NCBI RefSeq assembly: GCF_000315625.1
Contig: NW_005434651.1
Location: forward strand, 602,045-665,693
DNA from: Guillardia theta CCMP2712
Lineage: Eukaryota > Protista > Cryptophyta
Length of the DNA stretch: 63,649 nucleotides
Reading direction: 5' to 3'
Below, in pieces: positions 28,579-41,558 of this stretch. Each line of letters starts with the position of its first letter. The stretch's first letter is position 1. A program made the translations under genes and the position numbers. The notes under the pieces are model-generated. The model worked only from the letters and a program-made list of their open reading frames with translations. It was not told the DNA's origin and made no database searches.

Positions 28579-30599
28579 ATGCCAGCTGGGGAAGCCTCCG
28601 CACAGGCCAGTAGGCTCAGCATGGGTCGCATGATACGTGCGGTGCAAGAAGAGCTGGAGCCCGACATACCTACCAATGCGTCATATAATGTCATTGTTGA
28701 ACATGGGTTTCGTTGCTTGGGGAAAGAACCCCCAGAAGGATTGCCATTCATCCAGATGGTGCAGCGACTCTATTCCCTTATCTTTGAAGCTTCTGATTCC
28801 TTTTCATCATCTGCTTCCCCTCCTCAGACGGGGTCTGCTACTTCTACTCATACTGAGAGAGAAAATGTTGCAAATACTTCGAGAAGGGGATCGGAACAAC
28901 CAGCTAGAGTCCGGATCAACCATGTTGAAGAGGATGTGCAAAGCTTTATTCAGACGAGCTCTCAAATACCACAAGTCCAGAGGCCGCAGGTTCTAGGGCT
29001 AAACGATTCGCAAACACATTTAGAACGACAACCAGGTCCACAGCCTGTAGGGGCGAACCTGACTAATCGCATGGAAGTCAAGTGTGAGTTGGTTGACGAG
29101 GATAGCAAGTCCGTGCGAGTGTCAGACAGAAGTCTCCTTGTACCCAGTCCAGAACAGGCACCGCTAGCGACTCCTCTAAGTACAGATTCAACGCAGCAAG
29201 TTCGACCATATCATCAGTCTCAGCGCCAACATCAGATGAGAATGGCTAAGAACTCTGATCGTTGTCACAATGATGAGGGATGCAACAGAACCTTGTTTTC
29301 AACGAGCAACAATTCACGAGCAAACGCAATCAACTCTCCGGAATCACGTTCAAGCAGACAGGCTCAAGATTCTCAAAGTAACTCTTTGATCCCCAGCTTG
29401 ATTCGATCTTACACGTTTATGAACAGGTGAAAGGAGATATTCCTCAGACGATTGTTCTGATACTTCCACGGTGACGTCGAGCAACCTTGTCACGAGGAAA
29501 GGACCACAAGGTGATCTTTCTACCTCGTCCTGTCAGGCTCGACCTGAATTGTGATTCAACATAGGCAGCCCAAGCTCAGCTGTCAGAAACTCGAGATTCG
29601 GAGAGACTTCCACAGCAGGAGAACGCTTGTTGTCTCAGGGGCTTGCTTCTAATTTCAACAGAAGAACACGAGAAACCTTCAGCTCAAACGACTTGTGTAC
29701 ATATCAGGCTTCAAGAGGTGATATTGAGATAGCTCCTGTTAAGTACTTGTCACGATAGATTGATTGGTCCATGTAAAACAGACTCCCGTGCTGCTGTCGA
29801 ATCAAGATCATCACGTCTTCAAGGAGATGTTGCGGAGGAGATTGAGAATGAACCCTCTTCAATGGTGAGGACTCAATCTGATCGCATGGAAGGAAGGAAA
29901 ACTCACTTGTTCTTTGTACAGGAAGGTGAAGGTGCGAAAGCCATCATCTGTATCAACAACGGTAGCGGTCCAACCAGGAAGCGAAAGCGATCGTCAGTGA
30001 ATGGTGGGCTTGGAAACGCAAAGCAGGTCTCTGGGAAGCGAGCGTCAAAATTGGTGCATCGGTTCATACCAAATGATCACAGGAAAGTTGAATCGGAAAA
30101 GGAAATCTTCACACAGGCTAGGATGAAGGACCTGACAGATGAGGACGTCATTCTCCTCCTGCTTCAATGCTATGGGAGAGTGATAAAGAGGAATGAGGAC
30201 CCACACTTGTTTGACAACTTTCAGTGGACAGACTCTTTGAAGAGCATCTGGAAAGCCATGCACGAAGGAGTCAAACCAGCAGCTGTCAAGAAAACCTGCA
30301 ATTTTTACAAGGCCTCAGTAGTCGCATGTTACTACACGCTCAGTCAGCTCAGTCCCTCTGAATCTTCTTGGTACGTTGGTAAGATAATGGACTGGGAAGA
30401 ACCAGGTTTCCACATCAAATTTGTGGGTTACGAGGGCAACGAGCCAATCGACATGGTTGGTGATCAAATCGAGTATGAGACATCGACAGAGCGGGAGCTT
30501 TGGGCTTTTGACATCTTCAATGATGTTCAAATCAAATTATTGGAAAGACATGTCCCTGAAATCAGACACTTCTTGATGGATAAAAGAATTTTCTTCTGA
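28579..30599 (+). CDS. Hypothetical protein, disordered N-terminal half, C-terminal Tudor/chromo-barrel-like motif
   Basis: Two long ORFs (283 and 279 aa) with exon-like segments between; WYVGKIMDWEEPGFHIKFVGYE resembles a Tudor-type barrel. Confidence 0.55.
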
Positions 30600-31219
30600 T
30601 CAAGCGAATCCAAGTTTTGTTTGTTGTTGTATGGTTGCTTAAGATTCGATGCGTGGATTTTGAGAATGATCTTGTAATTTCATGACTAAATGAAATCAGG
30701 TGTAACCTGCGACAAGTAATGATAGTCATCCATTCGAGTCCAACTGTCACTTGCGCTTTCTGCGAGTGGTCACTCCATCGTTTCCTTGTATCCCGACGGC
30801 TTTTGAAGACGCTACAACTATCAAGACTTCACCTTACCTTCAGTCGCCCTGCTCATGTGGGGAGAACCTCTTTCAGTAGGTCGATCGCTGAGCCCTGACG
30901 CTCTCAGCCGGCAGAGTTAGGAGCGGCGACTGTGGTAGTCTCAACGAGCGCCTGGTGTACTGAAACATCCCAGAAGCCGAGGTTGACTTCCGTCAGCAAG
31001 ACTCACTTGAACGTGATGGCATGAGATCGTCAAAAGCCTTTACTGAACCACAAGCATCCTCAGTCTCCAGCCCTCTTAAAAGGCAGGCTCCTCAGGTCAG
31101 TCCCATCGGAATACTTATCAAGACGATGATTCAGCCTCTGGGCCACTGGCCCTGGCACTGCCGTGGCTGGCCATGACAGAGTAAACGAGAGTCTGCGTCA
31201 GACGTCCGAACGCTTACGG

Positions 31220-33344
31220 TTACTGCCATCTCTTCCCTTCCATGTGGCAGAGAACGATCTTCAGCATCCTGAAGGAGAGTTAGCAAGGCAACAAACTCAG
31301 AGAACCGGAGGCCATACCTTCTGACAGGCTCAGCAGCTCCCCACAACAGCTGCAGCAGCTTTGCGTCAGCGGCTCAGGGCACGAGGAAAGCTATCGGGAC
31401 CTGATCTCCGACCGTGAAGCAAGTCAAGTACTCCGGGCCCAGGGTCATCTTCCTCAGCCTTCCAACCGGGACAATCAGCTTCCCACTGCAGCCTCTGTCA
31501 GCCACGTTGACCCTCAAGACGACAGGGTCAGCACTTGACGACAGCTGGCGAGAGCTCGGCGACGGTGCTCTCCTTCGTGTTGGGGATGACGCGAACCTGT
31601 CCAGGTGATCAACGGACGGCACTGGACATCAGCGTTCTCTTGCTACCCATTGGTTGTGCGATGCGATCGCAGCCTGCAAACTGAAAGTCAGCGCGTGCTG
31701 GCCTGTCACTGCTTCCAGCTGTCACCTCGATCTGGTCCATCGGGACATCTTGCTTGAGCTTGATGGTGATGGCCTGCCCGGCAACTCAGAGGCTCGCAGC
31801 AGCAATCGCTCATCACCTGGCTGTGGCAGCGCATGGCGCCGATGCGGACACACTGGCCATCGATCGGGATCTGCTCAGAGGGTGAGAACGACGTCTCCTC
31901 CTGCAGCGCTCACAGTCTGTGAAGTCCCGAGGATCTTGTTGGTCTCTGCAATCCCCTTCCACTGTGAGCAGGTGTGACAAACAACTCCCCACACGCACTG
32001 AGTCACCTCCTCCTTGGTTTGACCGTTCTCCATGGCCTGTACATCACAGAGAACTCGCTGAGTATATAACAAGTGCCCTCCTGCCGGCTCGCACGCACCT
32101 TGTCGATCCATGGGATAAGCGCTCCCGCCAGCGGGGCTCCGAAGTTCTCCTTAGGGAAAGAATCCTCCTGGTAGACCTCTGCGGCAATATGGGATTGAGG
32201 GAAGTTGGCGATCTGCTTTGCTCCTCCCACTCACTCGTGATGGCCCTGTCGAGGTCCAGGATGTTTGCGCGATCATTCTTCAACGCAGGATCCACCTGAT
32301 ACCCAGCTCACAAGTACGGACAAGCACGTGCAGCTCTTACAGCCCCGAGCTTCTCCATCTGCAGGACCAGCTCCCTCATGTTCTTTGCACCTGGACATGA
32401 GCGCATGAGCGCAGGGAGGAAGGGGCGACAGGACAGACAACCAGCTCCTGACGCTGCTTGATACGTCATCGAGGTCATCCACTCCACCCATCCCTTCTCG
32501 AACAGTCCCGCGAGCGCCTGCTTGTCGTGTCAACGGCAGCACGAGGGTATCCTCCGCCTTCACCATCAGCATGAGTGAGACTGTACAGTTTCCACCGACA
32601 TAGTCCCTGATGCCATCCTGAAGACCTACAGGACACCGTTCCATGTCACTTACTCGTGCTAGTAAAATGAGCGTGACCTTTGTCGATCATCGCCCGGTTT
32701 ACAGGATCCAGCACGATGATGGCATCATCCTTCATTCTCAAAGCAGAAGCAGCATCGATCCAGTATCCTAGGCATGCAGTCAACACCGTCCATTGACCAC
32801 ATCGTGATGGTTTCGCAGGGCCGAGGGTGCGGAGGAAGCAGGTAGACTGCAGACTGTAGGAGGCGCTTCTCCACCTTTCCATCCAGATTGACGCAGCTTG
32901 GGATGAACTTCGTTGGTGTAGTCACCTCCCTGGCAGGAAACTACGACATCCATGGCGGATAAGTCAGCAATGCTAGAAAGCAGGGTCAGCCCCATCTTGC
33001 ACGGATGTGATTAGAATCCCAAGACCTGAACGCGTCCACGAGAGGTGGGCTGCTTTGTCCCACGTTGGGTCCTTGACCACCAACATTGGAGGTTGTGAAG
33101 AAGGTGGCTTCGAAGGATCCGTCAAAGTCTTTCTCCTCCATCATCCTCTCCAGCAGCACTGAACCAACCATCCCTCTCCATCCCACGAATCCAACCTGTG
33201 AAGCGGCGGCTGTCAGAGTCTACACTGCATGCGCAGCTGGCGCATGCCCTCCCCTCCCCCCTGCTCTTCTTCTCACTTCTGAGACCCCATGGCGCCTTGC
33301 ACCTCCTGCTCCCTCCTCCCTCCTCCCCTTCTCACCTTCACCAT
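31220..33344 (-). CDS. asd: Aspartate-semialdehyde dehydrogenase, gamma/beta-proteobacterial type, many introns
   Basis: MVK|[64 protein letters not shown]|[11 protein letters not shown]. Confidence 0.96.
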
Positions 33345-33437
33345 GGCGAGCGTACTGTGCCAAGGAGGCGGGGCCGCCTCCCTCTAGTTCATGAAAGTTG
33401 ACTAAACATTGATGCTACCCGGAACAAGTACCCTTTC

Positions 33438-33475
33438 CTACTTGAGTAAATAATGTATCTACTTGAGTAAATAAT
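33438..33475. repeat. 17-bp perfect direct repeat (CTACTTGAGTAAATAAT x2, period 21) upstream of asd
   Basis: Copies at 33438-33454 and 33459-33475. Confidence 0.9.
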
Positions 33476-34069
33476 TTTTATGATTCTTCTGTAGGACAGC
33501 ACTTTCAGGAGCTATGGGGTAAGGTAGGAAACAAAGTTTAGTCAAAATATTCTTACTACCCCTAGAATTAGTAAAGTAAAACATTTCTTCCGATTCACAT
33601 AGTCCATTCGGAGGACAGCAAATCCCCTGCACGAGCTACCCCACCCCACCAACTAGAGGGTCATCCCTCGATTTTAGTCTATAATATAATATTACTTAAC
33701 TTCCCTATTACATATTTTAGTTAATTATTTAAAGGAGTCCACCCCTCTGATTAGAGATTCCCACCCCTACCCCCAAACCCTCCTGTCACCACCCCTCGGG
33801 TCCTTCGCTGGCTAGGCACCCTCGGGGTCGACCTCCATCCTCTTTCTGAGAACCGTCCGGCTTTCGCTCTTTCCCTTCCTCCCTCCCTCCCTGCGTTCCT
33901 CCTCTCCCCCGCCTCCCTCCTCCCCCAACCCTTTCCCTCATTGCCTCCCACCTGCACGCTTCCCATTGCTCATCCTGCACCAATTTGTCTCTTCTCCTCT
34001 TCATCTTCTTTTTGTGAACTGTTCGCTTTTTCTCCAGCTTGGTGCACCCGAACGTAACCTTCATAGACC

Positions 34070-36759
34070 ATGCCGCCTGTGCCGCTCTCGACAAGGATAC
34101 CAGTGTCCTATGAACCCGTGGTGAAGAGCCGTATCCAGGTGCGCTTTCGAACATTTTGCTAGGCCTCTCTTGCCTCCTCGTCTCCTCTTACCGTGCATGC
34201 TTGCCGTGTGACAGGCCAAACTTGAGTTCTACCTTCCGAACGCGACAGACAGCGTAAGGAGTCTGGTCGTGGGGACGAACTTCGATGCTGAGAGATGTTG
34301 TGACAGGTGCTGTGTGACTATGTCATGGTCATGGTGGGGAATCAGAAGACTTCAGAGCAGATCGCTCAAGACCTGGATGTAAGGCTCGAGCTCGCTTGTT
34401 GTCCCTTGACGAGGCGGGTTAGGCTTTCCTGGGTCCAGACGAGGCCAAGGAGTTTGTTACCTGGCTCTGGGAGCTGTTGACCTCTGTGGAGAAGAAAACC
34501 ATAGTGCTGACAGGTCTGTTTGGTATGGAGCACTGAACCGGGCCCTGACGCCCGACGGCACCCCAGATGAGGAGAAGAAGTTATCTCAAGCGGCTGCCGA
34601 GAACTCGAAGGCAGAAGAAACAAACACGTCGCGAGCCCGGTGCTTGTCTCCGGCTCATGTTTCCTCACTGATAGCCTGCATGGTTTCTCAGCTCCCGTTC
34701 TCGGTCGCGGGACAACTCCAGGTGATGGCTCGTTGCCTTGTTATCTGCTGCCTGCGATCCTTGACTGCTCTGTCCCAGGGAGAGAGATAGGAACATCTAC
34801 AGGTTCTTTCTCCTCGAGGAATCTGAGGAGAAAATGAGATCGCTGTTGCAGTGAAACGGTTGCAACGTTCTCACGGTCCCACCGGTCGCGAGACCGGTCG
34901 AGGTCAAGGTCAAGGTCTCGGAACAGGGATCGACAGAGGTACGTTGAGCCCTTACGCTGCGAAGACTTTATGACAGAGACATGTTCAAAGGGATCAGGGT
35001 GATCGCAGAAGGGATGATTACCGGTAGAGTTAGAGAACGGCGCTCCACCCTTCCTTGATTGCATGTGCTCAGGGGTGAAGGATACGACCGGAGGAACTTC
35101 CGTGGTCAGATCTCTTCTCGCCTCCTGCGCGATGCTGTCAAGGTGATTGTGGAAGGAGGAGCGACGACTCTCGTTGACACTGCGCAGACCGCCTCACAAC
35201 AGGATGAGGAGACCAGTAGGAGGCGGGGAGCCTATGGGAGCCGAAGCAGAGTCAGCGATGTTCGTGACGACGACGAGTCGCGCAAAGAGTCTACTGCAGA
35301 GAACGATCCCATGATCGGGCGCTTCAGATCGGATGCAATCTTGGATGTGAGAAGAGCAGGCCACTGAACACGATCCCTTCTCACTGGGACAGCAGGAGAG
35401 GAAGAAGTCTCAGGGCAGAGCTGGAGTACAAGCACTTCCATTGAGTGCCCTTGCTGCCGGTCAGAGGTTAGCCATCAGCCTGAGCCAGTTTGACCATCAT
35501 CGCAGACGACCTGAGGAACATTCTAGTGAAGAACCGCAAGTCAAACCAGGTGGGTAGCAACCCTTGTCTGCTCGAGTCTCTTTGGACCTCATTCTTGGTT
35601 CCAAGGCATCAAAGAATGTGAGCTCAGAAGTCAGCAAGCCCCAGGTGCCCCAACTATCCCTCGTTGAGCGCAGATTCTGAGACGTTGACAGGAGGAGGGA
35701 GAGGAGGAGGGGCCCAAGGAGAGCAGTGAGAAGGTGGAATTCAATGTCACACTCCCCGATGAGGCCCTCAAGGTTTCGCCTCTGAGTTTCTTACGGCGGT
35801 CACTTCGTCTGATGCTCTTTTGTGCAGGACAAATCAGAGAATATTGATGTGGAAGACCTGGGAGAGGTATCAGTCATGCAGAGCTGACAAATCTCTCACA
35901 CGCTGAAACCCTCCGTCCTGTCAGGGCTACCAACCTTACGAGGAGTACGATGCTTATGAAGAGTACCCCCCCTACGAGTACTATCCCTACGACCCTCGCC
36001 GCGGAATGAGATCTCGCGGGAGGCCACGAGGAGCGTACGCATACAGAGGAAGAGGAGGCTTCTATGTACGTTTTGCTTCCACCCTTATCAGCCCTGATGT
36101 GCTGCAGCCAAGGGAAATATCGAAGCCACGAGGCATGGGAGCTGCTCGCGCTCGAGGTAGAGGCTCAAGTCAGCGGGTACGTCTGAGCTCCTATTCCCTC
36201 AGGTGGTGCCAGAGGTCGCGGCGGGACGTTCACGGCAAAGAAATGGGTCAACCCAGCCAAGGTCGAGCTGATGCAAGGAGATAGGGAGCTTGCTTCTTGA
36301 CGGGGACTCAGGAGGGGCAGGCAGCAAAGTCGGAGGAGAACGGCGAGGCTGCTGGTACGGAAGGCAACCCTTCTAGCGCTGATGCCGCGAGCAGCCAGCC
36401 GGTCAAGGTAGAGAGAGAAGGTTGCAAGCACTGTCGTGTTGACCATGTGAGCACAGGTGACAAGAGCCAATGCACCGGTAAGCAACTGCACCTGCCTCAA
36501 CAGGCCCTTTCCCTCCTCTCGGTCACCTGCTCGATGTTAGCTGGGGTCAAATGCTCTCAGTCTGGCAATTGAGTCTTCCTCATCCACCATCATCTCATCA
36601 TCTGGTCTTGTGCGCTGCTCATCACGGTCTCGACAGGTCATCGGAGTATTGAATCTCGACGGCGACCTGAGCCTGGTGGAGAAGCATGGCATGTACAAGG
36701 CTGCCAAGTGGGTGAAACCAGGACTGAAGACTCCAGAAGGAAAGCAACAGTCGACTTAG
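34070..36759 (+). CDS. PWI-domain, RS/RGG-rich RNA-processing protein
   Basis: Spliced N-terminus ..IQAKLEFYLPNATDSVLCDYVMVMVGNQKTSEQIAQDLDAFLGPDEAKEFVTWLWELL; RSRDRSRSRSR and RGRGG stretches; probable C-terminus ..KWVKPGLK.. Confidence 0.8.
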
Positions 36760-37461
36760 CCAGAGAGGCTGGGACCCGCTCCTCGTGTCTCGCAGCAGAG
36801 GCTGCGAAAGTAATCTGATCATTTTGTGAAGGGGGTCTCTCAAGGAAGCTACTTTGAGGTCCTTGTCTTACCTGCAACCCCTGGTCTCCCCTCATGACAA
36901 CATCCCCCATGTCTGTCCAAGGAACTCCAACGGCTCTCGTGAACAAGCCTGTCTGCTCCTCCATTCCTAGTCCTCACTAGCTGACGGAGTCATGACGGAG
37001 TCAGATAGAGAGGGCAGATTAGCGGTGACGGGAGTATCTCCCTCAAGAAGCAAAGAGCAACATCGCTAGATAGTGTTCTGAACATCTCAATCTCAGCATC
37101 ACTTAACCAGCACCCACGTGTGACCTTGTTGTCACCGCGCACACAGTGACGACGACGACGAGCCCCGTGAGCTTAACTTGCTCAGTAGGGCTGTTGCTCA
37201 AAGACGAAGAACAGCAGTCTTTCTCTCATGTGCAGCTGGTGGACGAGAACGGGTCAGCCCTGGTCGATGAGCAATCAAATCCACTATCTATCATGATAGG
37301 CTTTCAACATGTCAAGACTCGGATCAATTTATGATCGGAAATTGAAGTCTGAGCTTTCAGGCCTACGCTCTTGCTCCATCCTTGTCTGCATCAGCTTGCT
37401 TCCTACATGGACGGCCCTGAGGGTTTCAAAGTTAAACTCACATTGAGGGCTGGCAAGTCAA

Positions 37462-40400
37462 TCACATACCCTTAGCATGACGATCGATGTACTGGAGTAG
37501 AGTCAAAGTGATCTGTTGGTTTCGAACCTGATCCTTGTTCGACGTGTCCTTGGCGTTATGGAGAGCACCCAGAACATTCTTCAGCATTTCCATGTAGAAG
37601 TCGTCCTCCTTCTCCGCATCTCCAGCGTGTTCCTTATACTTGATCCCCTTCGGTTGATACCGCTCGATGACAAACTTCAAAACATCTTTCAAGCATTTAT
37701 TGTGTTGTTTGAGGACTTTCAGCTCGGGAGCCAGCTCCATCAGGAATCGAGCATCTTCAGCTGATCTTTCATCGTCCATCTGTTCTTGCTTCAATGCTTG
37801 CTCTGCTCTTTGGTACCAATCCAACTCACAGAAGACTTGTGGATAGCACCCATCAGCCAGTTTTTTGCATCGAGAAAAAGCGTCTTGTGCTGCATCTTGG
37901 AAGTGAAAGATCTCTTCATACACTTTCCCTATCTCAGAGAGCAGCTCTGCTTGAATCTCTGGACAAAGTCCTGCTGTTGCCTCGATGCCGGACCTGAAAG
38001 CTACAAGAGCGTCGCAGACAGCATTCATGTCCATGTCCCCGTTCCGAGCATCCTTGTAATGACTCCTTCCCTGCGAGAGTAACATCAGACTGCTTGTTCT
38101 GGCCATGCTGTCTTTTTGCAAAGTCTTAATCTCCATGAAAGATTTCTCGAAGCCCTTGGTCATTGGAAGATTTCTGAGTAATTCATCAATCATGTTCACA
38201 AGGTCTGGAGTCAGCTGGATCAATTTGTACGAACATTCTAGGTCGTGGAGCTTTTTGCATTCGTCACAGGCGTACTCAATGTAGGCAAGACCACAGATAA
38301 TCCGAACTAAAGCATCAATGTTTGAATCATATGCAAACTCCCAGCAAATGTCAACAGACTTCTTCGTATCTTTAGAGATGTGATTGCTGCATCTCAATGA
38401 TTTGTAGACTATGTTTACAGTCGTAGCAAGAACCTCTTCAATCCATTTCTTTCCTAGCGCACTGACATTCCCATCCTGAACGCATCGACTTGCGCTCGTT
38501 AGAGCTTCTTTCAGTTTATCATAACGAGTTTCTGGGTCCGCTGCATCGCTCAGCAATATGAACGACTCAAGCGTAAGAAACTTGCGGGACGTCAATGACA
38601 CAATCCTTGGATTGTTTCCATTTCCAGATAGAGCCTCTTGGTATGAAATGTCAGCCTTATTCCCAAAGGCTACACAGTATTGAGGATTTTCTCTTGCCTC
38701 AGCAAGAAGCCTGTCTCCCTCATCGATGCACTTCTGCCACTTTGGTTCGTTGAGTTCTTCTGAGTTGCATTCATTGAATTGAATTCCATCAGACTGCCAG
38801 ACGATTCTTGTATCATCCTTCGATTGGTTCTGACAAGAAGAATCAAACAAGACTCACAAACATGTAGGGAAAAGACTTGCAGTCAAAAAAGTAGTCAGAC
38901 ATGACAAGGAAATCAAACATAAAGAAAGTTGAGATGGATGGACAAAACAAGACATGTTGACGAAGTACATGAATGAGAGTTAGTACCCGATCTTCGCAGC
39001 TTGAGTCTTCATTGATTTGAGTAAGTTTCTCTACTTCTGAAACATATGTGCTTGCACGATGATTCGATTCAATGCTTGTGACAGAACCCATCGGGATGGT
39101 AGATAGATCACTCTCGTCTACAGATATTGTTATGGTTTTTCCGCATGGGCCGAACTCGCCAGCTTTGTCCAGAAAATACATAAGAGAGTCAGTGCTGTAT
39201 GTACCCATTACCCTTCGTCTGTGAATATATTGAGCAGCTGCTGCTCCCGCACCTAAGAACAGAGCTCCCCCTCCCAAAAACAAAAGAGAAGATGCCATAA
39301 AACCCTCCACGGCCATTGCAGAGCCGGCAACGGCAATGCCCGATACTGAAGACATATCAAGGCTCCATTGATATTCCGTGGTGAATTTGCTTTCAGCGAA
39401 GTCTACAATGAATCCTTGCAGTGCCATGGGAGTGACAGAATCGCTGCCATTTCTGAGCCGAAGAAGCCTGGGAATGAAGTCTGAGCCATACACGTAGTTG
39501 CGGACTTCAAGCGGCTTCAACGCCTCCTCCGTCATGCCCTTCCCCAGCACCAGCGGAGCCCCGAAGGTCACAACCTCCTTGTAGTCCGCTTTGATACTCG
39601 TTGACAGATGTAACGCTGCGCATGCAAGAGCAAGTGCCCCCCCATCAGAGTGTCCGCAGTAAACCAACCTCACAAACTTCATCTTCTCAAGCTTCTCGGC
39701 AATAAGCTCATGACAGACTTTGTGGTAGTCCGCGCCCTTCTCTCGTATTGCTACGTACAGCTGCTTGCTGTAGGCGTCATGCATCTCAACTTGATGCTGT
39801 TTTGAGCTTCCGATGCTTCGAGATGATGTTGGGATGACAAAGTTGGAGCAAATCTCAGAAAGCGTCGGATTGGGTGTACCTCGAAACACAACAATCACAT
39901 TCTGATCTTTTCGCAAGATTGCAAAGCTTGGTAATGACGGATTCTGTTCCACATGTAAGTACTCCAGCGCAAACTTCTTTTCTTTTTCTAGGTTTTCCTT
40001 GAAGTCTTTTTGCTCTCGATATATCTCTGCTGAAAGTCTTGCGCAGCATAGATCTTTAACCGCACGCTTGTGCGAAATTTTTTCCATTTGGATTTCCCTT
40101 TGCTTCAAGTACTTGACTTTATCTTTCTCGCGTTGTTTTCGCTCCTCCTGACGCTGCTTCTCCCAATCGAGGATGCGCTGAGCATGTATAGTCACGAGGT
40201 CATGGAATCTTATCGTCTGAGGAATGCGAAAATTGATTGACTCAGACCAGATGCTCAACCATTCATGCAGATCTTCGAACTGATGTCTGCTCAGCTTCTT
40301 CTCTGTCTCGTCATCGCTATAAATATAGTGGCAATCAAGGAAAAGCATTTGCTGTTGGCACAGCGACTCAACGACGTGTGCAGGGACTGTATGGATCCCT

Positions 40401-41558
40401 CCATCCCCTCCGTCTCTCTGAAGGAAGGCTTTCAGTTGCTGCTTATACCAATGTTTCTGGGCCTCTGCTTGCAGCTGTCTCTGCATGATTGGTGACCCAA
40501 CTGCTTCCTGGACCATAGCATGCAGGTTGTCACGTGCAGCTTGTTCAAGAAAACGCTCTCTTGCCCTCAATTCTTTAGTGCCCAATGAGAATTGGTTACG
40601 GATGATACACAACCTCGTCAGAGTCTTATCTTCTCCCTCCATCATCGCTTCTGATACCAAGGACATCAATCTCCGCAAAGCTCCATCCATTCGAGCATTG
40701 GACACGACCAGTAAAATCGCGTGAAAGGCATTGTTGTTGATGTGTTCACGAATGCGATCGAAGTTCTGTTCATCTTCGCACTTCCCATCTGAGTCGTTTA
40801 TCCCTGGTGTATCGCAAACACAAATCTTGATGTTGTTCTCATCCCCGAGATAATAGCCCTCCTTCTCTTCGCAAATCTTCGTTTGCGAAGCATAAGATCC
40901 GCTTGTCGCAAAGGGTTCAGTCCCTTTGTCCAGCCTCCCCGTGAGAAGAAAGTTACCGAGAGTCGATTTGCCCGAGCCAGTATCTCCGAGCAGCAAAACT
41001 CTCCGAGGAACTTGGAAGGATTTCTTCCGGGCCTCTACAAGCAGGTCGATCGACTCCTTTTTGCTTCTGTTTGATAAATTCTTATACAAGCTCTGGCAGT
41101 ACGAAGAGATATTATTTCTCGTCGCTCATCAAGGAAGGATAATTGCTCACCCTTGATTTGCACATGTCCTGCAGTATCCTCAGATCCTGACTCTCGAGCT
41201 CTTCCCGGTATCGCTGCAGCCTTGTTTTGCTGTGGGACCAGTGTAAGGCTTTTTCCATCCGTGCAATGAGTCCAGCTTGTTGCTCGCGTTAGTTTTGCTG
41301 GGATGCAGCTATATTCTGCAAACCGGGATTCTCGTCTTGGACATCTTGCTCTCCGTCATGTTGTCCTTCATTTTCGAGATCAGAGCCTGCGGGTAAACTG
41401 ATGATCTTTCCCTGAGGAATACTCAAAGTTAGCACGGACAGTTAGCACAAAACTTTCACATTGATCTGTGACGAGTCTGTCTGCTCTGATGATGAAGCAG
41501 CTACAAACCCCTTGGGCTTGCCTTCTGACGGTGCAGATCCATCTTCACCCCCGTGCAT
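37462..41558 (-). CDS. Large fusion: AIG1/GIMAP-like P-loop GTPase + coiled coil + class-3 lipase + TPR-like helical region
   Basis: VLLLGDTGSGKSTLGN, ICVCDTPG; lipase VVFRGT, GHSDGG, VTFGAP, DFIPRL, NHRASTY. The 748-aa and 462-aa ORFs join in phase 0 via a 157-nt GT-AG intron (38830-38986). Short 5' exons extend to ATG at 41558. Confidence 0.8.

Noticed and set aside
37146-37334. Small + strand ORF between the PWI and GTPase-lipase genes
   Set aside because: GTG start, short, no recognisable homology; cannot support
41289-41291. In-frame TAA in the 5' part of the GTPase-lipase gene
   Set aside because: Falls in a plausible short intron containing a CTAAC branch-like motif; splicing restores the frame
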